DNA of 62,859 bases, filler included, from 4 parts of 4 records of this genome joined end to end with filler, not necessarily neighbours in it, one strand, 5' to 3'; positions 39,872-49,786 are shown, counted from the whole stretch's first letter. Numbers and translations are program-made. The notes: a model not told the origin generated them from the sequence alone.

Positions 39872-41261
39872 GTTCACACTCCTCCTCAACCGTTCCCATG
39901 CCTTCAAAGGTCTCCTTGTCCAACTGTTCAAAGAACATGGCCCGGCCCACTTCTCCGCGCAGACGGCGTGCATCCCGGATCCCCATGGCGCCCATCACTT
40001 CCAGGAGCTGGTTATGCCAGGCACCCGCAAGATTAACGACCCTGCCGGCGGTCCATTCAGATGATGCGTCCTGAATATCCACCGGGCAGCTCAACCCCTT
40101 TTCGCAACGCCGGCACATGCGGCATTCCATGGCAATGAGCATGGGGAAATCCATAAAAACGCCGTCCGCACCGCAGATAATGGCCTTGGCCACATGCTCG
40201 GCCATGGATATGCCGCCGCTGGCCAGAAGGGTCACATTATCCCTGACTCCGGCCTCCACCAGCTTTAAATGAACGGAACGGATACCGTCTTTCAGGAATT
40301 TTTCGGAATCGTCAAAACCTCTCCCCTGGAAATTCCCTTCCAGGTGAATGATGGGGACACCCGCTTCCACCCATTTCAGTGCTTTTTCTTCCATGCCATC
40401 CGCCATGGATACCTTTGCCGAGATTAATACCTTTCGGTCGAGGGCCGTCACCTCTTTCACCGTTTCATGCCAGTGGTCATCCAGACATAATTCCACCATT
40501 CGGCACCCCGCTGGGAGCCCTTCCAGAGCCTCGGCATCCCCTGAGATGGAAGGTAGAAGCCAAGGGCCGTATTCTTCCGGTATATTATCCGGCATCTCCG
40601 CCGGAGGAGAAAAGAGGGTCCCCAGTCTTTTGGCCGCCTCAGCCCATCCGGAAATGGTCTTTTCACTGATGGCGCCAAACTCAGGGGTTCGGAGAATAAT
40701 GGGCAAAGGGATATCCAGAAGTTCCGAACCGCCTTCAAGAAGACCCCCTTCCGCATCGAAAACCAGATACGGGGGCGTTTTCCCGAGATCAATGGCGGTA
40801 CTGATATATTCCCGGCCATGGATGCCGTCGCGGGTGGGTCTTACGATTTCGGACATATCGGTCCAGATGGCGTCGAAACCGGGCCCGCTGAAGGGCCCCG
40901 GATAGCCGGCCCCGGAAACGGGAATCTTTCCGCTGTCCGCCTGGCTCCACAGGCTGGCGATGATGTTGGGGGACCAGTGTTCATCCCCCATGGCCATGAA
41001 TTCGGGGTTAATGGATTTGTGAATCAGTTCATTGGGGCACCCCTGCACGCACCTCAGGCAGTTCATGCACTCATTGTCAATGGATTCCACCATCTGCCGC
41101 GCATCCAGACCCCGATGCTCGTAAACACCGTAAACACACTTTTTCTTCACACAGACGGGGCATTTAAGACACCCTTCCTCCCAGGCGATGATACCCGATT
41201 GGATGAGCGGCTGAAAACGGCGGGGAAAGTCTTTGGTGTGGATCACATATTTGGACGGCAT
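39864..41261 (-). CDS. degenerate GltB FMN-barrel paralogue with ferredoxin domain
   Basis: CLKCPVC, CMNCLRCVQGCP, GFD, ASGG..AKAIICGAD and CRMCRRC..C are present. The GEGG and QGAKPG motifs are absent. Confidence 0.75.
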   Translation of the reverse strand: MPSKYVIHTKDFPRRFQPLIQSGIIAWEEGCLKCPVCVKKKCVYGVYEHRGLDARQMVESIDNECMNCLRCVQGCPNELIHKSINPEFMAMGDEHWSPNIIASLWSQADSGKIPVSGAGYPGPFSGPGFDAIWTDMSEIVRPTRDGIHGREYISTAIDLGKTPPYLVFDAEGGLLEGGSELLDIPLPIILRTPEFGAISEKTISGWAEAAKRLGTLFSPPAEMPDNIPEEYGPWLLPSISGDAEALEGLPAGCRMVELCLDDHWHETVKEVTALDRKVLISAKVSMADGMEEKALKWVEAGVPIIHLEGNFQGRGFDDSEKFLKDGIRSVHLKLVEAGVRDNVTLLASGGISMAEHVAKAIICGADGVFMDFPMLIAMECRMCRRCEKGLSCPVDIQDASSEWTAGRVVNLAGAWHNQLLEVMGAMGIRDARRLRGEVGRAMFFEQLDKETFEGMGTVEEECELE

Positions 41262-41273
41262 AATAAATCCCCC

Positions 41274-42206
41274 CTACACCTGATCCAGGGCCGGTCTGGG
41301 ATAGAGCCCTGCCCGTTTTACAATTTCTCCCACGGCCTCTTCCCATTCAATGGCCATGATATGTACGCCGCTAATACCTTTAAGCTCTTTTAACCTTAAA
41401 ATGGTTTCCACGCAGATGTTGATCCCTTCCTCCCGCTGTTTATCTTTGGGAATCGATTCCATGCGTTTGATCACATCATCAGGGATATCCATGCCTGCCA
41501 CCTTTGTTTTCATATATTTGGCCATTCCGGCGGATTTAAGGGGCGTCACGCCCCCCAGGATATACGCTTTCTCGGTCAATCCTTTGTCAGCGGCCATGGA
41601 GAGCCAGGTCTCAAAGCGGTCCAGATTGTAAATACACTGGGTCTGAATAAAGTCGGCCCCGGCCTTGATCTTTTTGGCCAGCCTGATGATTCGGAATCCC
41701 AAGGGGTCCGCAAAGGGGTTGGCGGCGGCACCGATAAACATATGCGGATTATGATCCAGGGAATCCCCCCCCGTAATGACCCCATAATCCCGCATCCCCT
41801 TGACGACCTGAACAAACTGGATGGAATCCAGATCGAAGACCCCGATAGCCTGGGGCTGATTGCCGAAAATCTGATGGTCGCCTGAAAGACACAATACATT
41901 CCGTATGCCCAGAGCCGAGGCCCCCAGGATATCCGACTGAAGGGAGATGCGGTTCCGGTCCCGGACCACCATCTGCAGCACCGGATCCAAGCCCTCTGTT
42001 TTGAGCAGGCTGCATGCGGCAAGGCTGGACATGCGGACAATGGCCGTCTGATTATCGGTCACGTTCACCGCATCCACCATCCCCTTTAGCAATTGCGCTT
42101 TTTTCTTTATCACCTCAGGGTCCGCGCCTTTCGGAGGACCGCATTCCGCTGTTACGGCAAATTCACCCTGAACAAGAACGTTTTTTAGCTGGCTTACGTG
42201 GCTCAC
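41274..42206 (-). CDS. metF: methylenetetrahydrofolate reductase
   Basis: TAECGPPKG, NVTDNQTA, RDRNRI, LSGD and GADFIQTQ motifs. Confidence 0.92.
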   Translation of the reverse strand: MSHVSQLKNVLVQGEFAVTAECGPPKGADPEVIKKKAQLLKGMVDAVNVTDNQTAIVRMSSLAACSLLKTEGLDPVLQMVVRDRNRISLQSDILGASALGIRNVLCLSGDHQIFGNQPQAIGVFDLDSIQFVQVVKGMRDYGVITGGDSLDHNPHMFIGAAANPFADPLGFRIIRLAKKIKAGADFIQTQCIYNLDRFETWLSMAADKGLTEKAYILGGVTPLKSAGMAKYMKTKVAGMDIPDDVIKRMESIPKDKQREEGINICVETILRLKELKGISGVHIMAIEWEEAVGEIVKRAGLYPRPALDQV

Positions 42207-42871
42207 TTTTGCTGATCCTCCCTGATAATCATTCTGGGGCCCCCGCCCTGTTTCGTAGACCAGTCCTTGGGGGGGTAAATTTCTTCCAGCCGGTCCAGTG
42301 TGCCGAATTTGTCCAAACGATCAATAATCAGCTGCCAGGCGCACGGGATATCCGGGTTCACCTCACATTTCCCGTCCACGGACCCGCCGCAGGGGCCATT
42401 TAGAATCTGCTTGGAACAGCGGGCCAGGGGACAGATGCCGCCGAAATCATAGAGCATGCAATCCCCGCATCCCAGGCACGTTTCCGCCCATACCCCCTGG
42501 GCCTTTGTTTCACCTAAGAATTGGGTGTTAAGTCCGGGGATGATCGGCACTTCCGGATACATCTCCGCAACCGCCTGAACGCCTGCACCGCAACCGAGCG
42601 AAAGCACCGCATCATAGGGGTCCATGGCTTTGTCCAGTTGGATCACGAACTCCATGACACACTGCCGGTCCAGGGTCATTTCTTCAATGACCACATCCTC
42701 GTCATTCATTCGGGCCGCCATGCGCAGGGCCGACCCGAGCATGGCGGTTTCCTTTTCACCCCCTGACGCACACTCGGCAACGCATGAGCCGCAACCCAGC
42801 ACCAGAATCCGCTTGTATGGGGCAATCATTTTTCTGATCTCTTCAACAGGCTTTTGTTCTCCTGTGATCAT
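42203..42871 (-). CDS. metV: MTHFR-associated Fe-S/Zn subunit MetV
   Basis: GCGSCVAEC, RQC, GCGAGVQ, CLGCGDC, CPLARCSK..NGPCGG..CE..CAW. Overlaps the metF start. Confidence 0.85.
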   Translation of the reverse strand: MITGEQKPVEEIRKMIAPYKRILVLGCGSCVAECASGGEKETAMLGSALRMAARMNDEDVVIEEMTLDRQCVMEFVIQLDKAMDPYDAVLSLGCGAGVQAVAEMYPEVPIIPGLNTQFLGETKAQGVWAETCLGCGDCMLYDFGGICPLARCSKQILNGPCGGSVDGKCEVNPDIPCAWQLIIDRLDKFGTLDRLEEIYPPKDWSTKQGGGPRMIIREDQQK

Positions 42872-43314
42872 ATCCCTTTCTCCTCATCATTTAGGGCCCC
42901 GGAACCCAGGGCCGGCGACGGTCCCAGAGACGAAACCTTATCCATGATCTCCCGGGCCAGAACGTCCAGGGGTCTGGGGTTCTCCTTGGAACAGACCATC
43001 AGCCCCACCCTTTCCCTTTCAAGGCCGATGGTTTCAATGATCGATCTTGTCCTTTCGATCCGCTTTTCGGCCCTCAGATTCCCTTCAAAATTGCGGCAGG
43101 CCCCTGTCGGGCAGGCGATCACATAGGCAGCGTCGGCAAATTCTTCCAGGGCCCGGAGCAGGTGCACCGGCTCAACCCTTCCACTGCACGGCATGGGAAA
43201 AAGCGATATGGTTTGGCCATAAGCCTTTTCCAGCAGCTGTCGGTCCTTCTCCCGGCTTTTAGGCACATTCCGGCAATAAAAAAGCGCCAATTTGCGCCTC
43301 TTCGTGTTTATCAT
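42868..43314 (-). CDS. mvhD: MvhD/FlpD-like [2Fe-2S] electron-transfer subunit
   Basis: FYC, PCSGRV, ACPTGAC..EGN and IGLERER motifs, giving four candidate Cys ligands. Confidence 0.78.
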   Translation of the reverse strand: MINTKRRKLALFYCRNVPKSREKDRQLLEKAYGQTISLFPMPCSGRVEPVHLLRALEEFADAAYVIACPTGACRNFEGNLRAEKRIERTRSIIETIGLERERVGLMVCSKENPRPLDVLAREIMDKVSSLGPSPALGSGALNDEEKGI

Positions 43315-43340
43315 TTCCTGGATAAATCCTTTCTTGGTTG

Positions 43341-43377
43341 GCTGTTAGATGTTAGCCGTTAGCCATAGGCTAACGGC
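43341..43377. repeat. heptamer repeats ending in a perfect 10-bp hairpin between glnA and mvhD
   Basis: gctgtta-gatgtta-gccgtta, with stem gccgttagcc-ata-ggctaacggc at 43355-43377. Confidence 0.7.
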
Positions 43378-43388
43378 CATTATCCGCA

Positions 43389-44717
43389 CTACAGGGTGGA
43401 CAGATACTTATCCAGTTCATACTGGCTCACATGGGTTCGATAACCGTCCCATTCGATCCGTTTGTTTTCAATAAATTTATTGAACACATGCTCCCCCAGC
43501 ACATCCCGGACCATTTCACTCTTTTCCGTGGTCAGGATGGCGATGTACAAGTTCCCCGGAAGATCGGTGATCCCGTGGGCCTTTCTTTCGGCCGGGTTCA
43601 TTTCAAAAATATCTTCTTCCACGGGGGCTGCCAGTTCATATTTATTTTCAATTCCCTTGAGACCCGCCCCCAGCATCACCGCAAAGGCAAGATACGGGTT
43701 ACAGGCCGGATCGGGGGACCTGAATTCAATGCGGGTGGCATTTTCCTTGCCCGGTTTGTACATGGGAACGCGAATCATGGCGGAACGGTTTCTTCGGGCC
43801 CAGGACACGTAGACGGGCGCCTCGTACCCGGGAACCAGACGCTTGTAGGAGTTGACCCACTGGTTGCACACAGCCGTGATTTCAGGGGCATGGCGCATCA
43901 ACCCGGCAATATACTGCTTGGCAATGGTGGACAGGTTGAATTCATCGGATGAATCATAAAACGCATTCTTGTCCTTCAGGAAAAGGGACTGATGCACATG
44001 CATGCCGCTTCCGTTTTCTCCGAAGATGGGTTTGGGCATAAAGGTGGCGTAAACGCCGTTCTGGCGAGCGATCTCCTTGACCACCAGGCGGTAGGTCATC
44101 ATGTTGTCCGCCATGCGTAGCGCCTCCTGGTACCGGAGGTCGATCTCGTGCTGGCTGGGGGCCACCTCATGATGGCTGTACTCCACCTGAATCCCCATGT
44201 CCTGAAGGGCAAAGATGGTATCGCGCCGCAACGAGCTTCCCATGTCCACGGGCCGGGAATCGAAGTACCCTCCCTTGTCCAGTACTTCCGTGCATTTGTC
44301 GTCTTTGAAATAAAAATACTCCGCTTCGGGACCCACATAGAACGTATACCCTTTTTCAGCAATTTTCTTGAGAAGCTTCTTGAGCACATACCTCGGATCT
44401 GCCTCATAGGGGGTTCCGTCAGGGTGCAACACATCACAAAACATACGCGCCACGGGCCGGTCGCCGCTTCGCCAGGGGACCAACTGGAAGGTGGTGGGAT
44501 CCGGTTTTGCAATCATGTCACTTTCCTCAATTCGTGCAAAACCCTCAATGGACGAACCGTCAAACCCCATCCCTTCGGTCATCCCTTCTTCCAGTTCAGA
44601 AGGGGTAATGGCAAAACTTTTCAGTACCCCCAGCACATCGGTAAACCAGAATTGCACAAAACTGATATCCATATCCTTTACAATTTTCCTCACATCATCA
44701 AATGACTGACAGTTCAT
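43389..44717 (-). CDS. glnA: glutamine synthetase type I (GSI-alpha-like, 442 aa)
   Basis: FDGSSIEGF, HHEVAPSQHE, NGSGMHVH, KRLVPGYEAP and IEFRSPD motifs. ATG at 44717 follows AAGGAGGA. Confidence 0.96.
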   Translation of the reverse strand: MNCQSFDDVRKIVKDMDISFVQFWFTDVLGVLKSFAITPSELEEGMTEGMGFDGSSIEGFARIEESDMIAKPDPTTFQLVPWRSGDRPVARMFCDVLHPDGTPYEADPRYVLKKLLKKIAEKGYTFYVGPEAEYFYFKDDKCTEVLDKGGYFDSRPVDMGSSLRRDTIFALQDMGIQVEYSHHEVAPSQHEIDLRYQEALRMADNMMTYRLVVKEIARQNGVYATFMPKPIFGENGSGMHVHQSLFLKDKNAFYDSSDEFNLSTIAKQYIAGLMRHAPEITAVCNQWVNSYKRLVPGYEAPVYVSWARRNRSAMIRVPMYKPGKENATRIEFRSPDPACNPYLAFAVMLGAGLKGIENKYELAAPVEEDIFEMNPAERKAHGITDLPGNLYIAILTTEKSEMVRDVLGEHVFNKFIENKRIEWDGYRTHVSQYELDKYLSTL

Positions 44718-44740
44718 TTTTATCCTCCTTGTTAAAAAAA

Positions 44741-44995
44741 CGGTTATCGGTTGCCGGTTCATAGTTAAAGTTTTGATTCAAAATTTAACAGGAGACACTG
44801 CAATTGGGGTGCCAAAAAAAGCGGATCGAAGGAAAAGAAATTCAAACGCAGGAAGAAAAAGATGGTGAAGACAGGTATTATTTTAGGCTCTATCAGTGCC
44901 TTTCAGTTGAGATGACCTACCGCCAAGAAATTGGAAATGCTTTAACACTCCCCGGTTTGGCGTTTTTTCAACTGGAAACCGGCAACCGATAACCG
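44741..44995. repeat. perfect 19-bp inverted repeat pair flanking the glnA promoter
   Basis: cggttatcggttgccggtt (44741-44759) and aaccggcaaccgataaccg (44977-44995), with a 217-bp spacer. Confidence 0.85.
44799..44815 (-). promoter_or_regulatory. sigma-54 (-24/-12) promoter of the glnA operon
   Basis: The minus strand reads TTGGCAC-CCCAA-TTGCA (GG-N10-GC), about 80 nt upstream of glnA. Confidence 0.85.
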
Positions 44996-45066
44996 GCAAC
45001 GGGTAAAAACCACATTTATGTCGATTTTCCGGTCAGGAATCCACAAAAATGTATACAGAGGGGAAA

Positions 45067-46893
45067 TCACTCCACCGTAACACTCTTTGCCAGATTGCGG
45101 GGTTTATCAATATCCCTTTCAAGAAATTTAGCGCAGTAATAAGCCAGCAGCTGACAGGGAATCACAGCCAGCATGGGGGTCAAAAAATCCAGGACATGCG
45201 GCACCTCGATGATATCATCCGCCAAAGCCCTCACCTTTTCATCCCCTGTGGTGGCGATGGCGATCACAGGCCCTTTCCGGCTTTTGATCTCATGGATATT
45301 GCTGAGCATCTTTTCATGCATCTCATCATTGGGAACAATGGCCACCGTGGGCATCTCCGGGTTGATCAGTGCAATGGGACCATGCTTCATCTCTCCCGCC
45401 GCATACCCTTCCGCATGAATGTAAGACACCTCCTTAAGCTTCAGGGCACCTTCCAGGGCGATGGGGTAATTATATTTTCGGCCCAGGAAAAGCCAGTTGG
45501 TACAATGGTGGTATTTCTCCGCAATGGCCTCGATGTGGCTGGCCTGCCCCAGCACTTCCCGGACCTGTTCGGGCAGGGCCTCCAGTGCCCGAATGGCCTG
45601 AATTCCCTCCGTCAGGGAGAGGTGCTGATGACGTCCCAGAAGCAGCGCCAGCAGGGTAAGGGTGGTCAACTGGGACGTAAAGTTCTTGGTGGACGCCACG
45701 CCGATCTCGGGGCCCGCGTGGTTATAGATCCCCCCGTCCGTTTCCCGGGAGATGGAACTGCCCACCACATTAACGATGCCGAGAAGGCGGGCGCCTTTCC
45801 GTTTCGCTTCTTTCATGGCGGCAAGGGTATCGGCGGTTTCGCCGGACTGACTGATGGCCACCACAAAGGTGTTGGCGGGAAAATTCAATTTGCGATACCG
45901 AAATTCGGAAGCCAGCCCCACCTCCGTATCAATTTCGGTCAGTTTTTCAAAAATGTATTTTGCCACACAGGCGGCGTAAAAGCTGGTACCGCACGCCACC
46001 AGCACCAAATGCCGGCATTTCCTTAAGTCCTCCCAGACGGGCATGATCCCGCCCAGTTTGGGAACCCCCTCGCCCGGTTCCAAACGACCCCGGAATGCAT
46101 TCTTGATGGTGTGGGGTTGCTCGTAGATTTCTTTCAACATAAAATGGGGAAATCCGTTCAGCTCCGCATCTTCGGCGCACCATTCAACGGTTTCCGTGCT
46201 GCGCTTGATCCGTTGGGCCTGTGCCGTGGAGATGGAAAAATCATCCGCGGTGACCGTGGCCAGTTCGTTTTCCCGAAGATGCACCACCTTGTTGGTATAC
46301 CGCACCATGGCCGACACATCGGACGCCACAAAATGACCGTCATCACTCACCCCGATAATCAGGGGGCTTCCCCGCCTGGCCACGACGATCTGGTCGGGAA
46401 CATGGCGATGAATAACGCCCAGCCCGAAAGTCCCCTCCACCCGGCCCATGGTCTTCCTGACCGCATCGGCCAGATCGCCGTCAAAGTACAGGGCAATCAA
46501 CTGCGCCAGGACCTCCGTATCGGTTTCGGACCTGAACGTAATCCCCTTTTTTTCCAGCTGTTTTTTCAGGAGGTGATAGTTTTCAATAATGCCGTTATGA
46601 ATGACAAAAACGTTTTCCGCCTGGTCCCGTTGCGGATGGGCGTTTTGAACCGAGGGTTCACCATGGGTGGCCCACCTGGTATGGGCAATACCGCTGGTCC
46701 CTTCCATGGGCCGGCCATTCACCAACCCTTCCAGGCTTGCGATTTTTCCCAATTCCCGATAACAGGCAATTTCATTCCCGTTTTGCACCGCCAAGCCCGC
46801 CGAATCATACCCCCGGTATTCAAGCCTTTTCAATCCTTCAATGAGGATCGGTTTCGCATCTTTTTGCCCCACATAACAAATAATACCGCACAT
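45067..46893 (-). CDS. glmS: glutamine--fructose-6-phosphate aminotransferase
   Basis: MCGII, LEYRGYDS, HTRWATHG, SQSGET and PRNLAKSVTVE motifs. Confidence 0.97.
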   Translation of the reverse strand: MCGIICYVGQKDAKPILIEGLKRLEYRGYDSAGLAVQNGNEIACYRELGKIASLEGLVNGRPMEGTSGIAHTRWATHGEPSVQNAHPQRDQAENVFVIHNGIIENYHLLKKQLEKKGITFRSETDTEVLAQLIALYFDGDLADAVRKTMGRVEGTFGLGVIHRHVPDQIVVARRGSPLIIGVSDDGHFVASDVSAMVRYTNKVVHLRENELATVTADDFSISTAQAQRIKRSTETVEWCAEDAELNGFPHFMLKEIYEQPHTIKNAFRGRLEPGEGVPKLGGIMPVWEDLRKCRHLVLVACGTSFYAACVAKYIFEKLTEIDTEVGLASEFRYRKLNFPANTFVVAISQSGETADTLAAMKEAKRKGARLLGIVNVVGSSISRETDGGIYNHAGPEIGVASTKNFTSQLTTLTLLALLLGRHQHLSLTEGIQAIRALEALPEQVREVLGQASHIEAIAEKYHHCTNWLFLGRKYNYPIALEGALKLKEVSYIHAEGYAAGEMKHGPIALINPEMPTVAIVPNDEMHEKMLSNIHEIKSRKGPVIAIATTGDEKVRALADDIIEVPHVLDFLTPMLAVIPCQLLAYYCAKFLERDIDKPRNLAKSVTVE

Positions 46894-47056
46894 TTCAAAG
46901 TTCTCCTCAAATACCCCATCTCAACGAGGGGTCTCTTCACACGGAACCGGACTCGAAGTAACGTATATTTTTAAAAAAACGTCATATTCTAATGCTTCCT
47001 TGATGAATATACAATACAAAACGCATCACAATTTTCAGCCTTGCCATTGAACGAAA

Positions 47057-47072
47057 TGGCACACGAGTTGCA
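47057..47072 (+). promoter_or_regulatory. sigma-54 promoter of the second glnD
   Basis: TGGCAC-ACGAG-TTGCA (GG-N10-GC), about 75 nt upstream of the likely ATG. Confidence 0.8.
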
Positions 47073-47146
47073 GGATTCCCATTTCAGCCCAGAATGAAAT
47101 CATTGGCACGCTTATGAAACAGCGAACGGAGCAAGGAGTCCTTACA

Positions 47147-49786
47147 ATGTTGCCGGCAAAAAGTACAACACATAAAAATATGGAAAAAAAATCCCCATCG
47201 GAGACGCTTGAGGATGCCAGAAATGCCCTGACCTCGCAGTTTCGAAATGGAAAAGCACTCAATGCTTTTTCAAAAGCATATTCCGGAATAATGGACCGAT
47301 ATTTCAGGCAGACCCATCAAAACAGCACAACGGGTTCACGTCTTTTCAAAAGCCGGGTCCCTTTTGCCGTTCTCGCCGTGGGAGGATACGGTAGAGAAGA
47401 GCTGGACTTTCATTCGGACATTGATATCCTCATCCTTTTCGGATCAAAGATACCCCCTTTGGCGAAAGGGCTGGTGGCGGAATTTCTCTATCCCTTATGG
47501 GATCTCGGTCTGGATCTGGGTTACGGTGTACGCACCATCAAGGACTCCCTTAACCTTTCAAAAAATGATTTTGAAGTACTCACATCCATCATGGACGCCC
47601 GATTCATATGCGGGGATTCCCCAATCTATTTTTCCCTCATGGAAACCCTTCACAAAAAAACAGCCGCCAAGAAAGCCGTGGAAATCTCACGATGGCTTGA
47701 GGAGAGGCACCATATGCGTATGGAAACCTTTGGAGATGCCAGCCATCTCCTTGAACCGAATCTCAAGGAGGGCATCGGGGGGCTGAGGGACTATCATCAG
47801 ATTCTGTGGCACGCAAAAGCCCTTTTCGAACTGAGAACTCCCAGGGATCTGGAATACCACGGAAAACTATCCCACAGGGAGTATGAGGGGCTCGAAAAGG
47901 ATCTCCAATTCATCCGGCTGGTCCGAAACAGGCTGCACCAACTGGCCGGCAGGAAAAACGACCGGCTCAGCTTTGAATTCCAGGAGGATATGGCCCGGTG
48001 GATGGGATATCATGATAAAGAGAACTTTCTGGCCGTTGAACAATTTATGGGGCAACTCCATGGCGCCATGGCCTCCATCAAGAACCTGAACCGTTCTTTT
48101 GCAAACGCCCACCTGCCAAGGCTGCACAATTCCCCAGGGAAAACCGACCGGCATCAACCCCCATGGAAAGGGTTGAACATGGAGAACGGCGAAATCCGGT
48201 TCGACTCCGCCACGGCCATCGTCAGGGAACCGGCTCTTTTGATGAATGTATTTGAGCAGATGGCCCGTTCGGGCCATCCCCTTTCCATGGAAACCGAAAG
48301 GCTGGTTCGGGAATTCCTCTTCCTGGTGGACGACAAATTCAGGGAATCCGTGCCCATGGGAGAATGCTTTCTGAGCATCCTCAACAGCAAAGAGGCCTTT
48401 GAAGCCCTCGACAAAATGTTTGAACTGGGTTTTCTGGAAGCCTTTATCCCTGAATTTTCGAGAATAAGAGACCGGGTGCAATTCGATGCGTACCATATTT
48501 TTCCGGTGGGAAGGCATTCCCTGGAAACCCTCAAACATTTAAAAACAATCGGCAGGGGAAAGGACATTCTTCTGGTTGACATCTTCAGCGACTTGGCCTA
48601 CCCGGAACCCCTTTTCCTGGCGGGCCTCTTTCACGACATTGGAAAATTCGAAAAAAACCATGCTCAAAAGGGTGCTGACATGGTGGCAGCCATATTGAAA
48701 CGCCTGCATTATCCCGAACTTGAAAGGGAACAGGCCCTTTTTCTCATCAGGCACCATCTCCTTCTGGCGGAAACCGCAACGAGGCGGGATCTGAGCGATG
48801 AAAAAGTCATTGTTCAATGTGCGCGCACCATCGGCGACATGGGCAGACTCAAAATGCTCTATGTGTTGGCATGGGCCGATGCACGGGCAACGGGCCCCCG
48901 GGCCTGGAATACCTGGACGGCGAACCTGATTCAAGAGCTCTTCTTCAAAATTCTCAATATCTTTCTGGGAGAAGAGCTTGCCACCCGCCATGCGTCACGA
49001 AAGGCCCGAGAGACCCTCTTAAAGGTTCAGGGCGCCTTCCCGGGTTTAACCGAGACCGAACGGGACATCCTGTTTTCAGCCATGTCACCCCGCTATCTCC
49101 TGAACTGTAGGCCCCGGGAAATCATTCACCATGTTAAGATGCTGAAGTCCCTGCAGAAAGATCAAGAAGAGAACGGAACCCCCTCATTTGCCCTTGAAAT
49201 CAAGGAAAATGAGATGGAAAGCTGTGTGGACATTACCTTCATGTCCAAGGACCGGCCGGGAATTTTCTCCCAAATGGCGGGGGTCCTGGCCATCAACCAT
49301 ATGAACGTGGTGGCGGCCAATATCTATACCTGGGGTGATGGAACGGCGGTTGATATCTTCAAGGTAACCCCCCATCCGGACCCCCGTGGGGCCCGGGAAA
49401 TATGGGAAAAGGTGGAAAAGGACGTGGCGAGCGTCTTTCAGGGAAGGCTCCCCCTGGAAGAACGCATCAGGGAAAAATCCCGGCCATCCATATTAGCGCC
49501 CCCCGATCACAAACCCTCCCATCCGCCAACAATCCATGTGGATAATCGGGCTTCGGATTTTTTCACACTGATTGAAGTGTTCGCCGATGATCGGATCGGA
49601 CTCCTTTATATAATCACGCGGGCTATTTTTGAACTGGGCCTGGATATCCGAATTGCAAAAATCGCCACCAAGGGGGATCAGGTTGCCGATATCTTTTATG
49701 TGCGGGATCTGGAAGGGCAGAAAGTGGAAGACGAAAAGGGGACAAGGACCATTATTGAAACCCTGAATAGGAAACTCGTGCGTTAA
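47147..49786 (+). CDS. glnD: PII uridylyltransferase/uridylyl-removing enzyme, copy 2
   Basis: AVGGYGR..SDID, EPNLKEGIGGLRD, LFHDIGK and ACT domains (DRPG, DRIGLL). ATG at 47147 follows AAGGAG. Confidence 0.92.
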   Translation: MLPAKSTTHKNMEKKSPSETLEDARNALTSQFRNGKALNAFSKAYSGIMDRYFRQTHQNSTTGSRLFKSRVPFAVLAVGGYGREELDFHSDIDILILFGSKIPPLAKGLVAEFLYPLWDLGLDLGYGVRTIKDSLNLSKNDFEVLTSIMDARFICGDSPIYFSLMETLHKKTAAKKAVEISRWLEERHHMRMETFGDASHLLEPNLKEGIGGLRDYHQILWHAKALFELRTPRDLEYHGKLSHREYEGLEKDLQFIRLVRNRLHQLAGRKNDRLSFEFQEDMARWMGYHDKENFLAVEQFMGQLHGAMASIKNLNRSFANAHLPRLHNSPGKTDRHQPPWKGLNMENGEIRFDSATAIVREPALLMNVFEQMARSGHPLSMETERLVREFLFLVDDKFRESVPMGECFLSILNSKEAFEALDKMFELGFLEAFIPEFSRIRDRVQFDAYHIFPVGRHSLETLKHLKTIGRGKDILLVDIFSDLAYPEPLFLAGLFHDIGKFEKNHAQKGADMVAAILKRLHYPELEREQALFLIRHHLLLAETATRRDLSDEKVIVQCARTIGDMGRLKMLYVLAWADARATGPRAWNTWTANLIQELFFKILNIFLGEELATRHASRKARETLLKVQGAFPGLTETERDILFSAMSPRYLLNCRPREIIHHVKMLKSLQKDQEENGTPSFALEIKENEMESCVDITFMSKDRPGIFSQMAGVLAINHMNVVAANIYTWGDGTAVDIFKVTPHPDPRGAREIWEKVEKDVASVFQGRLPLEERIREKSRPSILAPPDHKPSHPPTIHVDNRASDFFTLIEVFADDRIGLLYIITRAIFELGLDIRIAKIATKGDQVADIFYVRDLEGQKVEDEKGTRTIIETLNRKLVR

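Noticed and set aside
42868-43314. Selenocysteine in the MvhD-like protein
   Set aside because: There is no internal TGA, and the terminal TGA simply overlaps the metV ATG.
46894-47050. glmS ribozyme upstream of glmS
   Set aside because: No AGCGCC..GACGAGG-like core could be seen on the minus strand.
47103-47118. Second sigma-54-like element TTGGCACGCTTATGAA
   Set aside because: It lacks GC at the required GG-N10-GC spacing.
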